This document shows, piece after piece, positions 62,361 through 64,000 of a stretch of 64,000 bases of DNA; position 1 is the first letter of the stretch, and each line of letters begins with the position of its first letter. This DNA comes from Bdellovibrionales bacterium (GTDB lineage Bacteria > Bdellovibrionota > Bdellovibrionia > Bdellovibrionales > JAUICD01): the NCBI GenBank assembly GCA_965262715.1, contig OZ253553.1, positions 1,344,001 to 1,408,000 of the forward strand. The letters run 5' to 3'. Under the pieces are notes generated by a model. The model had not been told where the DNA came from. It saw only the letters and a program-made list of their open reading frames with translations, and ran no database searches. Made by a program: the position numbers and the translations under genes.

Positions 62361-63587
62361 ATGAGTGATCAATTAATGAAAGCCTCTTCTACAAATTCCC
62401 AAACAAAAACATGGGATCTTTTCAATCCTTCAGAAGAACATACACTATTAAGAAATATGATACGCGAATTTGTGGAGGCAGAGGTTGAGCCTCAAGCTTT
62501 GCAATTTGATAAGGAAGAACGCTTCAATCTATCTCTTTTCAAGAAACTAGGTTCTTTAGGACTTTTAGGCTTAACTGTTCCTGAACGATTTGACGGAGCA
62601 GCTATGGATGCTACAGCTGCCGTATTAGTACATGAAGAAATTTCAGCTAGTGATCCAGGGCTTGGCTTAGCCTACTTAGCACACTCGATGCTTTGTGCAA
62701 ACAATATTGCTGTAAATGGTAATGATGAACAAAGGCAGCGGTTTTTACCTAAACTCTGTTCTGGTGAGCACATCGGTTGCATGGCTATGTCTGAGGCTCA
62801 TGTAGGCACAGATGTTCTTAATATGAAAACTTTTGCCAGTTTAAATAATGACCATTATGTCATAAACGGACAAAAAATGTGGATTACTAACGGAACCCTT
62901 GATGAAGAAAAAACACCTGCTGATTGTGTCTTACTTTATGCTATAACAGAACAAAACAACAAACGCAGCATCTCCACTTTTCTCGTGGAAAAAGAACATC
63001 CTGGTTATTATGTAGGACAGAAGATCAAAGGCAAGTTAGGTATGAGGGCTTCTAACACAGCAGAGTTAGTTTTTGATAACTGCCTTGTTCCCTTATCCAA
63101 TAGAATTGGAAAAGAAGGAGACTCTCTTTTGCACATGATGAAAAATTTAGAAATAGAGCGTCTGACTTTAGCAGCTCAAGCCATAGGTATTGCTAGGCGT
63201 TGTTTATCTATTATGAACAGTTATGCGCGCACCCGCAAATCATTTGGCAAGCCACTCACATCTTTTGGACAAATTCAAAGACATATAGCAGAAAGTTATG
63301 CAGAGTATATGGCAGCTAAAACGTATGTCTATGATGTAGCTCGAAAGTTGGACTTGAAATCAGCAAATAACCGCATTGATTCAGATGCAGTAAAACTGAT
63401 TGCTACAACAATAAGCAAGAAGATAGCAGATCGCGCTATTCAAGTCTTAGGTGGTTATGGTTATGTCAGCGAGTATGTGGTAGAACGTCTCTGGAGAGAT
63501 GCTAAACTGTTAGAGATTGGTGGTGGCACTTTAGAAGCTCATCAAAAAAACATCACTAACGATTTAAAAAACTGTACTTTCTCTTAA
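62361..63587 (+). CDS. Acyl-CoA dehydrogenase (isovaleryl-CoA dehydrogenase-like)
   Basis: MAMSE, KMWITNG, LEIERL, RLWRDAKLLEIGGGT. Confidence 0.9.
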   Translation: MSDQLMKASSTNSQTKTWDLFNPSEEHTLLRNMIREFVEAEVEPQALQFDKEERFNLSLFKKLGSLGLLGLTVPERFDGAAMDATAAVLVHEEISASDPGLGLAYLAHSMLCANNIAVNGNDEQRQRFLPKLCSGEHIGCMAMSEAHVGTDVLNMKTFASLNNDHYVINGQKMWITNGTLDEEKTPADCVLLYAITEQNNKRSISTFLVEKEHPGYYVGQKIKGKLGMRASNTAELVFDNCLVPLSNRIGKEGDSLLHMMKNLEIERLTLAAQAIGIARRCLSIMNSYARTRKSFGKPLTSFGQIQRHIAESYAEYMAAKTYVYDVARKLDLKSANNRIDSDAVKLIATTISKKIADRAIQVLGGYGYVSEYVVERLWRDAKLLEIGGGTLEAHQKNITNDLKNCTFS

Positions 63588-63685
63588 AATGATCAAAAAA
63601 CAAGGTACAAGAGTTGCCTAGTGCCTATGGAAGAAGCCTGTCATAACTCTCTTAGCTTATGCAACAAGGCCATTAATAGCTAATT

Positions 63686-64000
63686 TTATCTTTCAGATAC
63701 AACATAAGCAGTCCAAGATTCACAAGACTCTCCTTGACTTGTACGGGTATAAATACCATCTCCCTCGCCATCTTTTGTTGTGCCTTCCCAATAAACATGA
63801 GTCTTAACAAAACCTGCCTCTAATAAAAGCTCTTTGAGTTCTGGAATACACCACATTCTCCAATCATAACTAAAAACCTTAAACCGTTTTTTTTCTCTTT
63901 TGAGTTTAAAATGAATATCAAATTGAGCATAGTTTGATATAGGATCAAAACTATTTTGATCCCAAAAATAAGAAAATCCTTCATGCTCCACTTCATCTTC
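63686..64000 (-). CDS. C-terminal part of a probable class I SAM-dependent methyltransferase (continues beyond the window)
   Basis: FSYFWDQ...FSYDWRMWCIPELKELLLEAGF...VYWEG resembles a methyltransferase C-terminus. Confidence 0.6.
   Translation of the reverse strand, partial: EDEVEHEGFSYFWDQNSFDPISNYAQFDIHFKLKREKKRFKVFSYDWRMWCIPELKELLLEAGFVKTHVYWEGTTKDGEGDGIYTRTSQGESCESWTAYVVSER

Noticed and set aside
1..64000. tRNA/rRNA genes and self-targeting spacers
   Set aside because: None recognised by eye; tRNAscan and spacer alignment would be needed to exclude them

Overview
AT-rich bacterial window (visibly about 30% GC). Housekeeping genes (putA, leuS, comM/yifB, ruvC, agmatinase, two acyl-CoA dehydrogenases) and hypothetical proteins resemble a Bdellovibrionota/Oligoflexia-like organism. 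Six ankyrin-repeat genes, dense interspersed repeats and pseudogenes suggest a host-associated lifestyle (inference). Defence content: a complete type III-A CRISPR-Cas locus (CARF-HEPN, cas6, cas10, csm2-5, cas1, cas2, 24-repeat array), a type I R-M locus containing a HEPN toxin gene and an MNT antitoxin fused in frame to HsdS, an SDH-family protease, a HigBA-like TA pair and a disrupted Rpn gene with an intact internal RpnS-like ORF. Most intergenic DNA consists of several families of palindromic elements; the main one is modular, shows compensatory stem changes and carries a variable number of 14-bp hairpin units. Other points: tandem lipoprotein-ankyrin-gluzincin proteases that diverge around the AFW strand, a shared sigma54 promoter/enhancer module, and a higher-GC aromatic amino acid decarboxylase between direct repeats. 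All calls come from motif recognition by eye; no searches were run.
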